A DNA stretch of 64,000 nucleotides. Origin: Paraspadella gotoi. Taxonomy: Eukaryota > Animalia > Chaetognatha. Positions 35,211 through 49,460 of this stretch are shown here, piece by piece. The notes beneath the pieces were generated by a model. It was given only the letters and a program-made list of their open reading frames with translations. It was not told the origin of the DNA and did no database searches. The stretch spans positions 22,470,833 to 22,534,832 of the forward strand of contig CM119263.1 in NCBI GenBank assembly GCA_051294375.1. Direction: 5' to 3'. The stretch's first letter is position 1, and each line of letters starts with the position of its first letter. Made by a program: the position numbers and the translations under genes.

Positions 35211-38200
35211 TGTAATCTGGCCCGCCTTAATGCCCATTGCCCCAAAGGATAGAGGGATAAATAATATCTTTCGGACTGATATAAACAATATATGACGGGC
35301 GGAAAACGTTATGAAAAAATGAGAGGAGATTCGCCGAGAGGAAAGAAAAAAAACATCTTATTACTTTACAGCAGCGTCAGGAGAAGCAGCGCAGCAGCAG
35401 CAGCAACGGCGTGATGGCGTCGTCGCTGGCGAAATTGTCGGCGGTTTTAAAAGATTTCGCTGGAAGATAATCTGAATCGTACTTTTTTTCGTCCTTTGGT
35501 CTTTTTCCGTGACTGAACGAGAATAATTTTTCTCTTTTTCTTTTTTTCATCCCGGATATTTCTTCTCTGAATCGCGAAAGAAAAACAAATGAACACGAAT
35601 TTCGATAAAGAGGTGATAACTCGTCTCACTTCACCCACGATCTCCCCCGCTCGAGCGTTACTCACTAAAGGCGTAGTAAAATTCCTCAGTTTAACTTTAA
35701 TTAAAATTCTAAAAGTGAGGAACGAACAACATTATACTTATAAACATTTAAGTATAAAAAAAAATTTATAATAAATTTTACCAATTTACGCAGTAGGCCA
35801 TATTTATACTAGTACTTAAAACCAATAAATGTTAAAATTTCAAAACAGTTTTTTCTAAGATTTTTTGCAGATTTGAGATTCATCATAAAAAAGTTGATAA
35901 AAAGAAATATAACTCTTTTTGAAAAATTCCTTCATTAAGTGGGTCAAAAATTAGAAAAAGCTATATTTTAAACTGAAATTAACTTTTATATATTAAATAN
36001 NNNNNNNNNNNNNNNNNNNNNNNNTCTTAAATAATAAAAGAGCAATAAAATCCAGAAATATTTATAATCAGGGGAGTAAAATTTGATACTAACATATTTA
36101 ACAATTATACTTATAATTATACTTATTTCCATCCTGAAGTGAGAACGACGAAAAGTACAAAACGGAAAAAATGCATTCAATACGACACATCTGCTTTCGA
36201 AAATTTTTGAAAATTTGAAACATTGTAAAACCCGCTAATTTTAAAGATAATTATTTCAAATATTACGACGATGAAATAAAGTGAGAGCGAATTAGAAAAG
36301 CTCTTGGCTTTTCGTCTCACTTTCTTTAAAATTTTTTCCCCTCAAATTTGAAATTTAAGTTTTTGCTCGCACCGACAGATCATTTTCGGCAGTTTTCCCA
36401 CTCTTTACTGCAATCTTTGCGATAGACGTGGAAAACGGACCGACCAAAACGCATGTATGCGACGACGAAAAAGCGACGAACGATGACTAGCGGCGATTTA
36501 AAGACGACGATCAAGTATGCGCCTTCGGATTTTTCTTTTTTTTCTACTTGAAGGCGTCGGTGGCGAAAAACGGCCGCCAGTACGGAAGGCGTGTCGTCGT
36601 CGTTTTCGTGTCGTCGTTTTCGTCGTCCGTGTTTTCTCGTTCGTCGTTCTGGTTTCGATCGTCTCGGTGTCAACATCATTTCAAGGAATCGTTTTATTCT
36701 TAGTTAAATAATAAACTGTGTTTTTCATCCACCGACGTCAGTTTTGTTTTGCATTTTTTCAAGATACACAGAATAAGCTGGAATGGAGTCCGCACAAGAT
36801 TTTGATCCTTCTTACCTTCTGACCTCTTTTTGGACCTCTCTACCCGTCCTCCTTGATCGAATTAACCCCGACACCTCGGATGTAGTACCTAATTGAAGAA
36901 GAAATCTTATCTGTCACACAAAATGATGACGATCGTAGCAACCTTCAACAGGTGACCCTTCCTTCAATGCTTGTTCACAAACCCGCCCCTGACCTTAATG
37001 AGGTCTTCCGATGTTAACCCTAGCCCTCCCTTCGGCCTTGAAAAGACTTTCTCACGCATTAAGTCTCACCTCAGCTTGGGAAACGGCGGGACGCCTTGGG
37101 CAATAGTTTACGACCTCAGAACCCGAAGCATTGGCTCGGGAACCATTGGCTTTAGATTTGGTCTTGAGCTTTAGATTTGGTCTTGGCCTTTAGATTGCTC
37201 TTGGCTTGATTTAGATCACTCTCTGCGGGAGACTTGCTTTTGATTATTGTTGGTTGTTAGAAAATTGGCACGATGCGTCTAAGAGGTTTACTTGCCAACT
37301 GGATCAGAGATTACCCTATTTAATTTCCATACAAAATCCAATCTAAACAAACAATCTTCCCGGCGGCACTCTTTGCCCGTTTATACGTCTTCAAACCTTG
37401 ACACATTCAACAACTTTGCACCCAATCAGCGGCTCTCGACTCTGCCAGGAGGCAAGCTCAGGCCTTTTCTGGGCCAGAACGCACGCTCACCGATGAAATT
37501 ACTCTCTCTGCAGTGGCTGCCCCAGGGCCGGTAGAGAAGAAAGAAGGAAATTTGAAGGTCGTTTCACGACCAATGACCCATTGTGCCACTTGAAAGGTCG
37601 TTCGTTACCGTTTTCGTTGTGTTGTCCTCGGCGCCGACGAAGAAACGTCGATTGCCGTTCTTAGGGCCCGGTTTTCTTATTTTTTTTATTATTGAGAACG
37701 CACAAGCTTTCTTTTGTATAGTAGTTCTCCCATTTCTCCGTGACTGTCAGATTTCTTAGTTTATACTCTCTTTTTTTACAATATACCCCTTGTTATAACT
37801 ATTACATAACGAGGAAATTGAAACGAATTTCCGGACCGCCTTTAATGCACAATGCTACTCTAAGGTTCATTTTGTCTCGCCGATCTCTAAAAAATAAAAC
37901 AAAAAAAAATACCCAGAAAATTAAAGCCGGTCGCGACAGATGAACTTTGTTCCGAGTCTTCTCTAACGAAATAACAGTATAGACAAGAGCCCATCGAATG
38001 CCGACTTTAAACGCCGACATTTAAAACCCAACTCAATTACATGTACCGGTCCTCTAAAAAAATAGATATGAAAATTAAACTAATAAAATAAAACAAACAA
38101 ATCACACCAAATTAAAATCCACGAACATACGACGTCAGAGCGTAGCACTCTCACCCAATTGCTCTTATTATTCTAAAAGATTATCTGTCACTGCTTTCAA

Positions 38201-41200
38201 ATAGAAATCCCAAGTTTTATTTCAGTCCCAAAGATTCATCTTATCCAAAACCGATTCCTGGCCGAAACAACTTAGAATTACGTTTTAAAGGAGTACAGAG
38301 ATCAGGATAGTTTCAAAACTTAAGTTGACCAAGTTCGATTTAATAGATAAATCTGTATGTGTTGGTGCCCTATCGTAGCGTCTGCCGTCGCCGCGCTGTG
38401 CGTCGCCCTGCATCTGCGCTTCTGTCTTCCAGAGATCGGCCGTTCCAGCGAAGAGCATCACGAGTGCGTCATGCAGCCGCTTCTACAAATCCGTCGATCA
38501 GAGCCTCTCCAATCCCGCTGCGCATTCAGAACACCGCTAGTTTTTTGCCCTTGTACTGCGAATGCAGTCTCGGATGCTACGAGCGGTTCACTGATGAGCT
38601 GAAAGATTCGAAAGACAACGGACCATGAAGGATGTGGAAGGAGCAGATGGACAGAATGTGATTGACTGGTGATTGACGTAGACGAAGTCGCGCCGACTAG
38701 TCACGTGAGTTTCCCCGGACGTTCGTCGGTCCCGTTCGCTCTTTTCACGTTCGTTTCGTCTAGTCAGATATGGCGCCATTGTCGTCGTCGTCAGTCGCGT
38801 CGTCGTGTTCAAGTCGCGTCGTCTGAAGAATTGGCCTTTGATCTTGCACACCATTGAGCAATCAGGTCAGGTTGACAAAAAGGTTTGGCATGTGGCTGGA
38901 TGGTCAAGTAATATCAGCGAAAAAAAACATGGCAGCAATGACCACTTTGCGCTTTCGGGATCAAGGATCATCTGCCCGTGAGATCGATGAGGCGGAGCAG
39001 GATTGTCATAAACGTACTTTAAAAATAATTATTTCTTATTATTTTCTTTCCTTTTTTATTTTTTTTAATCTTCCCCCATTCTTTAAATTTTAAATATCCT
39101 TAGTGGCGTTCATAATAAATTGACCTTGGATTCGTGAGTAAATCAAATAAGTGGAGGGAATATGTTTTCTCCATCAGTTATTGCTGTTCTGTGAAGTGTA
39201 TTGCAGGCCGTGTGGTGAATCACCCTAGTCTCCTCGCCACCAAGCGACGCCTCAATCCTCCCACCCTCCATCGGCAATCTTACAAGTTTACGAACCAACC
39301 TTGCAGCGTGTCCTCGTATGATGCTATCGTCTCTCGGGCGAATTTCGACCGTCGCGACTTCGTATTCTCTGATTCCAAAGCTGAAGGCCTATTTAGCGAG
39401 ACAGTAGACGTCTTTTAGTACTATGTTAATGTATACTCATCTAATTCATAAACGAAAAACTGATTTCACGCGGAAAATTACTCGTAATATAAAAAAATAA
39501 CAAAAACAGACAAAAGGTGAAAGATCTTCCTTCCACTTCTCATATTCTGTATACCAATTCGTTTTAAACAAGATACAGAATGGTCCGAACGTGACTAAAA
39601 GCGCACATTTGTTCACGGCGAAGGGATGTTATTTTTTCACATCGGAAAAAAAAACAAATCGTTCCCGTTTGACACTGAGGACGACGTGTCTTCATTTCGA
39701 CTTTCAGAACAATTTCGACTTTATAATCGTTCTGAAAAAAAAGAGTAGAGCTGAGGAAAAATGGGCAAGAGAGAGAAAAAAACATAGATAAGAGTAAAGC
39801 TGGAGATAAATCCCGGGAAAAGAGGAACAAAAAAGTTTTCGAGTCCCGAGAAATAGAGCATACAAAACTGTTAAGTGTTGGAAAACCAAGTCTCAAGTAG
39901 AAGTTATGAAAAGGAAAAAGAAGAAGAAGAGAGGATGATTATCGACACGAGAAGAGAGGTGCATGAGTATTCATGAAATCATAAAACAAAATAGTGAATG
40001 AGAGACGGAAGATAATTACTAATTCTTTTTCTTGGTTCTATGAAAATATGTAATAATTAAATCTTTTCCGTTGTGCTGCAGACACTCTGTGCCGGTTTTG
40101 ACTGTAAACGCAAATATCAATGTCGATTTCTGTTCTGCGACTTTTTTTTTCACGTCCGTGTATCTTATGTACCCGCTACCGGAACGACATACGAGCACAG
40201 TCGAATCTGAGAAGGAGATTACTTTGTAGATACGACCGAGAAGAGTAGAGACGATGATGGAGACGAGAGAGAAGAGTGAATGAATGCGAAGAGACGAGAG
40301 AGCATGAGAGAGAGACCGAGAGTATGAATTGCGCTAAAGAAGATCTCACCTGAAAAGTCTTCTCCATAACATTTCATACGTTTCTAGTTCAAATATTATC
40401 TGATATCACTTTCGTAAAATCACAGTTTGATTAAACACACAGTTCGAGAATAAGCGTCTGAGAGTACTTTCGAGCCATTATTATCCATTAATTCTAATTA
40501 CTAATGTTTGCTACTCACATAAAAACAAGGCTTTCAATCTTCTCACGCTCTACAGTCACGATTCCAAACCAATCGACTCTCGAAGACGACAGTTCACCTC
40601 AATTGTGCACGGCATTTTCTGTCCATCTGATTCCACCTTATCCACTCTCGGCTCCACCAAGCATCACACTTGAAAACTCATCATGTCACCAACCTATAGT
40701 CGAAACCCGCCACGACCACATGAAGTACTGTACGACCCTAATCAACACACACCAACAAACCTCCCCTCTCTCTACCCCTAAGAAAAAAACTGAGAGAAGG
40801 AATCATTATTTAGAGCACTCGCAGGATGTTTAATTCCGAATTTCGTCCACCGGATTGCATCCGCTCCGCAGCGGGACTCGAATATTCCCGGGGTTCCGCG
40901 ATATCCCGGAAGATGACGACTTTTTATTTTTTTCGTAATGTGTTTGATCAAACGGGGATTTTCGTGTTGTTTATCTTTTGTAGAGATTACGATGCATACG
41001 AGAAAATCCAGGAATCGGAATATTTAGGAGTCTTCAACGCAACGCGCGCCTATGAGAAAAGAAGAACAGAAAGAACTTGAAGAAAAAAGAAAACAAAAAC
41101 AATAAAGAAATAAAATCAGAAAGAAAGTAAGCCAAACAAGAAATAAAGAAAGCCAAGAAAAAGATAAAAATAACCATAATAAAAGAAAGACACCAGATAA

Positions 41201-42985
41201 GAAAAAGACCAGTAAAAGCTAACATATGACTGCCTGCTCAGGCACTAGACGACACGATTGATCAATCGCACCAAAGTCCAGAATCTTATCTGTTTGCTGT
41301 TCTTTTTAGCTAATAAAATAAAAAGAAAAATAGAAAACCACTCTGATTCCATCTGGTTCCATGCTTTCGTTTTCGTTCGTTCGTCGTTTATTTTCTATCG
41401 AAACTTCTTGACTGTCAAAGAGTTTTGCAGATCTTCTTCGTATCTCGTAACCTCGGCGACTGTTAGCAGAGACATAATCTCGTAAATAAACGTTAAACAT
41501 CTGGACGCTCTATTACAAAAAGGTTATTCTCTTTCAAGAAAATAGGTTTATTCTCGGCGTATTTAACTTTTATGAGATATAGTTTTTTAAAAGATAACAT
41601 TTTCTTAATTGTTGATAAACTATGAAAACAAAATTTCATTTTGAGGATAGTCTCGCTAAAATATTATTTTACTAAGAAAGAAAAGTACAATATTAAAAAA
41701 CTTAATGTTGTACCATTTTTTTTCTAAAAAAAAACTGTTTTGCGAACCACAAAAATCACTGCGATCGATTTGAAAATAACGGCACAATAGTGAATGAGAG
41801 AGAGAAGTCCGGAACATCCTCGCGGAAAGCGAGCGTGCACCAGAAGAAAGGACCGAGCAGAGAGAGCTCGAGAGAGATAGAGAGAGGTAAGGTATCCATG
41901 AAGACGAGTAGTAGATGACGAGAGAGAGCAGAGCGTGAGGAGCTAGTGTATGTGAGTGCAAGACGAAGGTGGAGAATAAGATACAGCTAGTGAAAAATAA
42001 TTGAACTTCTCTCCAATGATGACTTCGATTTAATTCCAATTCTTTCCAAACGATAAAACAGTCATTATCGTTTTAAAAAGAGTTTTCGCCGCCCGGGGAA
42101 TCAAAACAAAATCGTCTCAGTCTTTCTTTTTTCCCCTTTCTTCTTTCTTGTTTTCTCGTTTCATTATACGTGCAAACTTTTATCTCAGAGAGATCTACGA
42201 ATTAAATGCATATACCAGTTTCAAACCTTTTCACGAATATAATTCTTTGGCTACCCGAGTGTTTTAGTTTTTTTACCTTAGTGGTACAATTCCATGAATA
42301 CCTTGTGGCGTTGCCGTCCCCCCCCTTACACACCACTACTCTACGTATTTATTCAGGGCGCACGAGTACAGCTTCACCCTCCCACCCTCGTGTAAACTTA
42401 CCACCCCAACTCCCCATAGTCGTTCTCTCTCACTATTTATAGACATGAACATCAAGGTTCTCACGTCGCCTTCTCACTATCTATCTCATCCACCATCAGT
42501 TAACGCGACGATCCGTGGGAGTTCTTTTTCGTGCCGAGGCTCTTCGCCTGCGCTTGATGATAAAAAAGAAAACAAAATAGGGAGAATAGAACGACGACGA
42601 CGAACGACGATGGACGACTGCAACTGGAAATTTAATATTGTTTTAAAAAAAATTAGTTTGAAAGTTTTGAAAGTCCAACCTATCACATATCAATTATTTT
42701 TTACTAGTAATTTACCACTAAAAACAGACTTGCCAAAAGAATCAAACTTATTGTTGTATAACAATTTTGACGGGGTAGAAAAAACCGAATCATCTTGTAA
42801 AAAAAATTATTGCTTGAGGGATATTTTTTTCTAGCGATGACAGTTTTCCCCACATGTTCGGGAGCATTTTAAGCATTGTTTTCAACCCATTTTTTACAAT
42901 TAATACAATTATTTGGGCATTGTTAAAACGTCAATAATTTTTTTTATCAAATGGTCCTAAAAATTTACGGTTTTGAAAACAAAGG

Positions 42986-43016
<31 letters not shown>

Positions 43017-44625
43017 CGAAGAGAGAGAGAGAGAGAATGAGAGATGAAGAGAGCGAGAGACGAGAGAGAGAGAGAAGAGAGATGGAGGAATATTCGTTCC
43101 ACCCCCAAAGACCGTAAGGTAAGGACATCGATCCCTCGACCCTTAAAATGTTTACGGACGTTTTTTATGGGTGCTATAGTCTCAGACGAACGACGACATA
43201 CGACGACGATAAACGACGACGCACTTTCGCCACTCGACGGATGGATGAAACATATCTCGCCAGTGTCGCTGTGAAAAATTTGTGCGATTATTGAAAGGTT
43301 CGATATTGGATTGACGAGACGGATGACGACGGACGACGACGACGACGACGACGTCATCGATGATAGCGACCGACAGTGTCGACGACTCGACAAGGCGCCG
43401 ACGTAAAGACGCCCTTCGTTCCCGGCGCACTCTGAACTTCGGACCGACGTAGAAAAAAAAAAGTTTTTCAAAAAATTGATTTATTTGTGATTTCCCGTCC
43501 AAAGGTCAGACGCGTGAAAAAGCTCTATTCTAAAAGAGAGAACTGGAAGGTTGCAAGAGGTGGAATGATTTGGATCAGGGTTAAGCGGGAATAAGGTCAC
43601 TTCCCTTACTTTCTTTGGCTGCCATGGAACGGACCTGAGCTTGCTCCGAGGTGGTTAATGGCGCTTCTCTTGTTCCCGAAGGCGTAAGTTCTTTGAGAGG
43701 AACGTAATGGTCACAAATAAAAATGTCATAAGATGGGCGGGGTGAACCTGCCAATTACCGCCGTTACAAATAAAGTCGACGACGACGACGGATTGACGAC
43801 GACGATGACTAATGACGAATGAGGAGAGTGATTTTATGATCAGTACTGTGGTTGACTGACGGGTTTATAACGATAACAATTTCGAAAAACTCTCTGTGTT
43901 TCGGTTCTTGGTTCAAAGTTGAGAAGGATTAAAAACATTGGTGGACTCAGCATCCTTCTCTCATTTGGTCGCCCTGAAAAGGAATGACTTTTCACGTGTG
44001 GGAATCGGGCGGTAAAATATATACTCACTGACTTTCTCTCCGGTCTCCATAGAACAGATTCAGTGTAGCATAATCGATAGAAAAAACACCGAGAGAAAAC
44101 GAAATTCAACTTGCAGGTTTATCTTCGTTTCCATAAGAAAACCAATCTTTTGGAGCATTTTTTTTTTCAATCGGAAGAATGGAAAAAAGAACAATCTTTA
44201 TTGTAATGGAAAAAATAATAAATGTAAACTTTCATCCGAAGGAATATACTGAATAATATGTATTAACGAACCTTGAATAAAAGTGAAACATTCGTTCAAA
44301 CTTAACAATCATTGGGAAAAAAGAAGAGAATTTTCGAGGTTTTCATTGTTGAGGGTTGGATCACAGCAACTTGGTGTTGAGACGTTTTTGAGCCAAAAAA
44401 ATTTTTGAAGTTCAAAAGGTTTTACTACGAAGAAAAAATCGTTTTTCGAGTAAAATGATTCTGACGATCAGAGAATGTGTGGGAAAGTGAAGTTAGGATG
44501 AAGAAAGAGAGGAGAAGAAAGATAGACTATATAAGAAAGTAAGAAAGATATGACATTGAAAGAAAGAACGAATGAAAACACAAAATGGAAAGAGAGAAAA
44601 AGAAAAGGTAAGAGAGAGACGAGAG

Positions 44626-44685
<60 letters not shown>

Positions 44686-45369
44686 TGATTGCAATGCCTT
44701 TAAGGCGGGCGGAAAAGTCAAAGTTCGTTTGAACCAAAGAGCAAACCCCTTTTCTGTAAAGTGTATGGAGAAGAATCATCCGTCTTAAATATAAAAGAGC
44801 AATAAAATCCAGAAATATTTAACTCATAAAAAAATCAGGGGAGTAAAATTTGAACCCCATGTTTCTCGAAATCATTTTTTTCCGATACTAACATATTTAA
44901 TATTATACTTTAATTATACTTATTTCCATCCTGAAGTGAAACGGGAAAATATTAAAAAGGAATCAGGAATAATTGAATTAAGAAGATAAAAAAATAATAA
45001 TTGTAATAATTACTGATTAGCTTTTCTGCAAAAGTTTTTTCTCTTTAAATTGAAAAAAAAGTTTCATCGATTAAAAAGTTAAATAGTAATTTCTCTGGGA
45101 TATTAACCGACTTTTTAAAATCACAAAACCCATCGTCTGCTGGAAATTAAAAAAATGAATAAAAAAAAACATAAAACACGGCCCGAGTCACGTGATGAGG
45201 GTCGAAGTCACGTGATCGAGATCACAATGGAGGCGAGGAATGCGAGGGCAAAATATAGTGAGGAGAAAGAAAGTAAGGAGAAGAGGGATGAAGGGTAATA
45301 GAAGGGTACGAAAATAAGACGGTAGAAGCACAGTGGGTGAGGACTACAAAGGGGAAGAGTGCGATGTGA

Positions 45370-45650
45370 AATGACAAAAGTGATGGAGAGAAGGAAGAAA
45401 GGACGAGGAGGATGAAGAACGAATGGCAAAGTGATGGAGAGAAGGAAGAAAGGAGCGAGGCAGGACGAAGAACGAATGACAAAAGTGATGGAGAAAAGGA
45501 AGAAAGGAGCAGGAGGATGAAGAACGATGACAAAAGTGATGGAGAGAAGGAAGAAAGGAGCGAGGAGGACGAAGAACGAATGACAAAAAGTGATGGAGAG
45601 AAGGAAGAAAGGAGCGCGGAGCACGAAGAACAGAATGACAAAAGTGATGG
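45370..45650. repeat. Same ~53-bp minisatellite, only ~5-6 units in copy 2
   Basis: Same unit and same flanks as 32972-34198. Confidence 0.9.
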
Positions 45651-46257
45651 AAAATCGGCAGCATAGAATGAAAGCTCACGGTTTCCTTTCCCGTCTGGCG
45701 AGGCTTTTTAATCCAGGGTAGAGGAAGAATATGAAAAAAATTAATATAAAGGAATGAATCTAAGATGGATGTAAATTTAATAAGGAAAAACTCAACCTGA
45801 TCATAGACAGCAACAGGGACTTCTCCAAGAAAGATGAGAAAGAGAGAAAAAGAAAAGAAAGAAAGAAAGAAAAATCAAAATCTAATGGCAAAAAATTTAA
45901 AGAACAAAATATGAAGTAAAAAAAACAATCTTTCCTTTTTCTTTTTTCTTTCTTCCAATTTGCGATACCGAACCAACGAAAANNNNNNNNNNNNNNNNNN
46001 NNNNNNNAATGAAAGCATCTTGGGATAAAAAAAGTACAAATAATAAAAACTGCAATGAGAAGAAAAATAAAAATATAAATGGTTGATGCCCATTGAGGCG
46101 GAACATGTTACAAACTAACAGAAATCCGGTATAAATATTGTTAATATGTGTAATAAAATCGTTAAAATAAACGCATGGAGGCTATTTTATAATATCAAAA
46201 TACTATATAATGTCAAAAAAATTTTTGGGTAAATTTGAAGCTTGAAATTTTAACGAT

Positions 46258-47010
46258 TTGCTGCCCCCAAGGAGGAATTATTTTTCTATATATGTATTCG
46301 ACATTACAAGTAAGGTTCCGAAACGGGTAGAAAACAGTCAATTTGCTGATGACACAGCAAACTGGGTCACGGAAGTGTCATTAGACCTGTGTCAATTTGA
46401 AATGCAAAGGTGGTGTAGTAAATGGCGTCTCAAATTGGCCCCGGAAAAATGTCAATTGATTATCTTTTCGGAGAGCGCTGTTTGGGAAACTTGACTTAGA
46501 CTTATTTGGGGAAAAAACAGAGGTTGTACGGGAGGCAATTTTTTGGGGAGTTACTTTCGATAGTAAATTAAACCGGAATAGCCACATAGACAACCTTTCA
46601 AAGCGAATGATACAAAGATGCGGGATTTATCTAAATTACGCTATAAATATATATGCTTAAGTAGTAATATTATGTTAGAACTTTATTCGGTATTTGTCCT
46701 CTCGTTATTAGAATATATAGCATGAGTTGCTATTGTACTATATCTAATTCCTTATGGAACAAACTGGAGACTATCTAATTTAGATATTTGAAAAACATTT
46801 CGGATGTGCCGAGATCGATGTCAAACGTTTTAGTGTTGGATCACTTTGGGTGAGAACCGTTGCGTATTTGATTAATTAAAAGGGCTCAATGCAGATGCGA
46901 GGGATAATAGGGAAAACGCCCTTATTACCGAAATATATTAAAGACATGAATGATTTCAAAGTAGGCAGAAGGGCTGTCTGCCCTTTCAAATTTTTAAGTG
47001 AAGTGCCCAA
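46258..47010 (+). mobile_element. Decayed non-LTR retrotransposon (LINE) reverse transcriptase 3' fragment
   Basis: YVFDI...SQFADDT...RWCSKWRLKLAPEKCQLIIF, then across stops/frameshifts FWGVTFDSKLNRNSHIDNL and LYSVFVLSLLEY. These match the RT catalytic-to-thumb region of APE-type LINEs. Confidence 0.82.
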
Positions 47011-48373
47011 TAACTAATAGTTATTAACTATGCGATTTAATTTACACGTAACTTTATATTTATTTATTTAGTCATTTTGTGTTTTTGCGTAGGATACTTT
47101 TCGTATTCGAGAAAAGCGTTGAAAAGATTCAATTACAGATTAGAGATAAAGATTTCGATTCTGAAAAAAGAAAAGGTTTTCTAATTCAAGTGTTGGACTC
47201 GTACTCGAGTTCTTTAACCTTATCCGAATTTAGGATAAAGCAATCTCAAACTGTTTTACGTTAGTAAGTTGGGATGTTTGTAGTATGTTCGTATATGTAA
47301 ACTCCTTATTGATTACCTCTGTACTGTGATTATTTGTATATCGTCCGTGATCATTTGTAACCGCGACCCTTGGCCAATCCCCGGCCCGTCTTTTTTTCCG
47401 ATTAAATTCTAATTCTAATTCTAATATTGTTAAAAATATTAATATCTGGCCCGCCTTAATGCCCATTGCCCCAAAGGGATAGAGGGATAAATAAATATCT
47501 TCGGGACTGATATAAACAATATATGACGGGCGGAAACCTTATGAAAAAATGAGAGGAGATTCGCGCGAGAGGAAAGAAAAAAACATCTTATTACTTTACA
47601 GCAGCGTCAGGAGAAGCAGCGGCAGCAGCAGCCGCAACGGTCTGTGATGGCGTCGTCGCTGGCGAAATCTGTCGGCGTTAAAAGATTTTCGCTGGAAGAT
47701 AATCCGAATCGTGACTTTTTTTGTCGTTTGTCTTTTTCGTTGACTGAACGAGAATAATTTTTCTCTTTTTCTTTTTTTCATCCCGGATATTTCTTCTTTG
47801 AATCGCGAAAGAAAAACAAATGAACACGAATTTCGCATAAAGAGGTGAGTAACCTCGTCTCACCTTCACCCACCCGATCTCCCCCCGCTCGAGCGTTACT
47901 CACCTACGAATCACCCTTCTCTCGAGGCGCTCTAACCCGCTAATCACTTTCCACTCACCTTCCAGCGTGACAGTTAAAACTTGACTTGTTAATTTAATTT
48001 TTCGCATTAACATCAAACGGTTGTGAACCGACGAATCACCGAATAAAGAGATGTGAATGGGGATGAGGAGAGAAGGAGGAAGAGAAGAGGAATAGAGAGG
48101 AGAGGAATAAAGAGGTGAGAAGTGAGAGAGAAGGGGGAAGATGAAAATCGGGAAATGGTAAGTTTCATCGTGTCAATATCAAACTGATAATTTTTTTAAA
48201 TACAAAAACATGAACCACATTCTTTGTCCAGAGTTTGACATCGGACATGCCCAGACACTTTTAACACCGATGTTAAAAAAAAAATATTAAAAATTATCTT
48301 GATATTGTAATAAGCTTTATTCGTAATTTTCCGTTTGAATAAAAAGAAAAAAATAATTAAAAATATGTTACTT

Positions 48374-48418
<45 letters not shown>

Positions 48419-48964
48419 CTTAGTGAAAGATCTCTTCCTTATCCATTTATCTTCTGAGTCAATTACAGCTTAGCTTTTGTTGAAAAAAAAGGTAAGGTCG
48501 TGTGTGGAGTCATTCATACCACAGCTGGATTCTGTTTGCTTTCTCGGTTTTTCTAATTTTCGAATATCTCTGCTCCTCCTCATCCTCCTCTTCACTCATA
48601 ATCCGCGCCCCCACAATTCGATTGGGGAAAAGAAAAAGATGACATCAACAAAGATCTCTCGATCTCAAGATCGTTTGACTTCCTCATTGTTGATCGAAAG
48701 AAAAAGAGAAAGATGAAATATCATTGATTCAAAATTCATTGAATCCAAAAAGTAAACGGTATTAATAATAAACTGAGACTTTATTTACAAACGTCGACTG
48801 TGTTATGTTGAGGCCGAGAATTTTCAATAGAATTTTAAAAATTGATAAATGAACTGTGACAAATGACATGTTTAATGTTTAAAATTCTCATTTATTATTA
48901 TGATATTATATATTATGTAGTTACCGATAGAGATTTTCCCATCTTTTACATGGCAACCTAAAAT

Positions 48965-49460
48965 ATCCTGACTTCGTGCTTGGCAACCGGAAAAAAGGAC
49001 GGAGGACGTGTTAAGCTCGTGCTTGCCAAAGGAATAAGTAATGGATAATGACGAGGAAGTTGGGCTGACCTTGTGCTTGGTAAAGAAAAAAATGGTGGGA
49101 AAAATGTACGAACCTCTTGCCTGGCAAGAGAAAAAAAAATGGGCGCGGAAGTTATGCTGACCTCGTGCTTGGCAAAGGAAAAAAACAGAGAACGGAAGTC
49201 GTGCTAACATCGTGCTTGGCAAAGTAAAAAGAAATGGCGAGGAAGATGTGCTGACCTCGCACACTGCCTAATTTTCTAAAAAGACCTCCAGGTTAAAGCC
49301 CTGCTCTTTCCTCTCTCCGCCAATCTCATACACACTGCCTCGTGCTTGGTAATAAATTAAAGGGTGCAAAATTTGTGACCTCGTGCAGAGAAAACAAAAG
49401 CGCGAAAGATGTTCCGAAAAAAAAAAGCGCGCGGAAGATGTGCAGACGCCGGGTTTGGCA
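48965..49460. repeat. Degenerate ~47-bp tandem repeat (CTGACCTCGTGCTTGGCAAAGGAAAAAAATGGCGCGGAAGATGTG-like), followed by (ACTC)n
   Basis: CGTGCTTGG-like cores recur at ~45-50 nt spacing. (ACTC)n lies at ~49461-49497. Confidence 0.7.

Larger units (their letters stand above)
36143..47903 (+). repeat. ~11.8-kb block, copy 2 (indel-rich; likely long-read/haplotig duplicate)
   Basis: Same anchor order as 24772-35665, with dense 1-2 nt insertions. It is preceded by a 25-N gap and a stray copy (36025-36142) of ~32433-32546. Confidence 0.93.

Noticed and set aside
38591-38616. Hammerhead-like CTGATGA...GAAA
   Set aside because: Stem II does not pair, no stems I/III are evident, and the motif is absent in the sibling copy (~26915-26940), so it is likely read noise.
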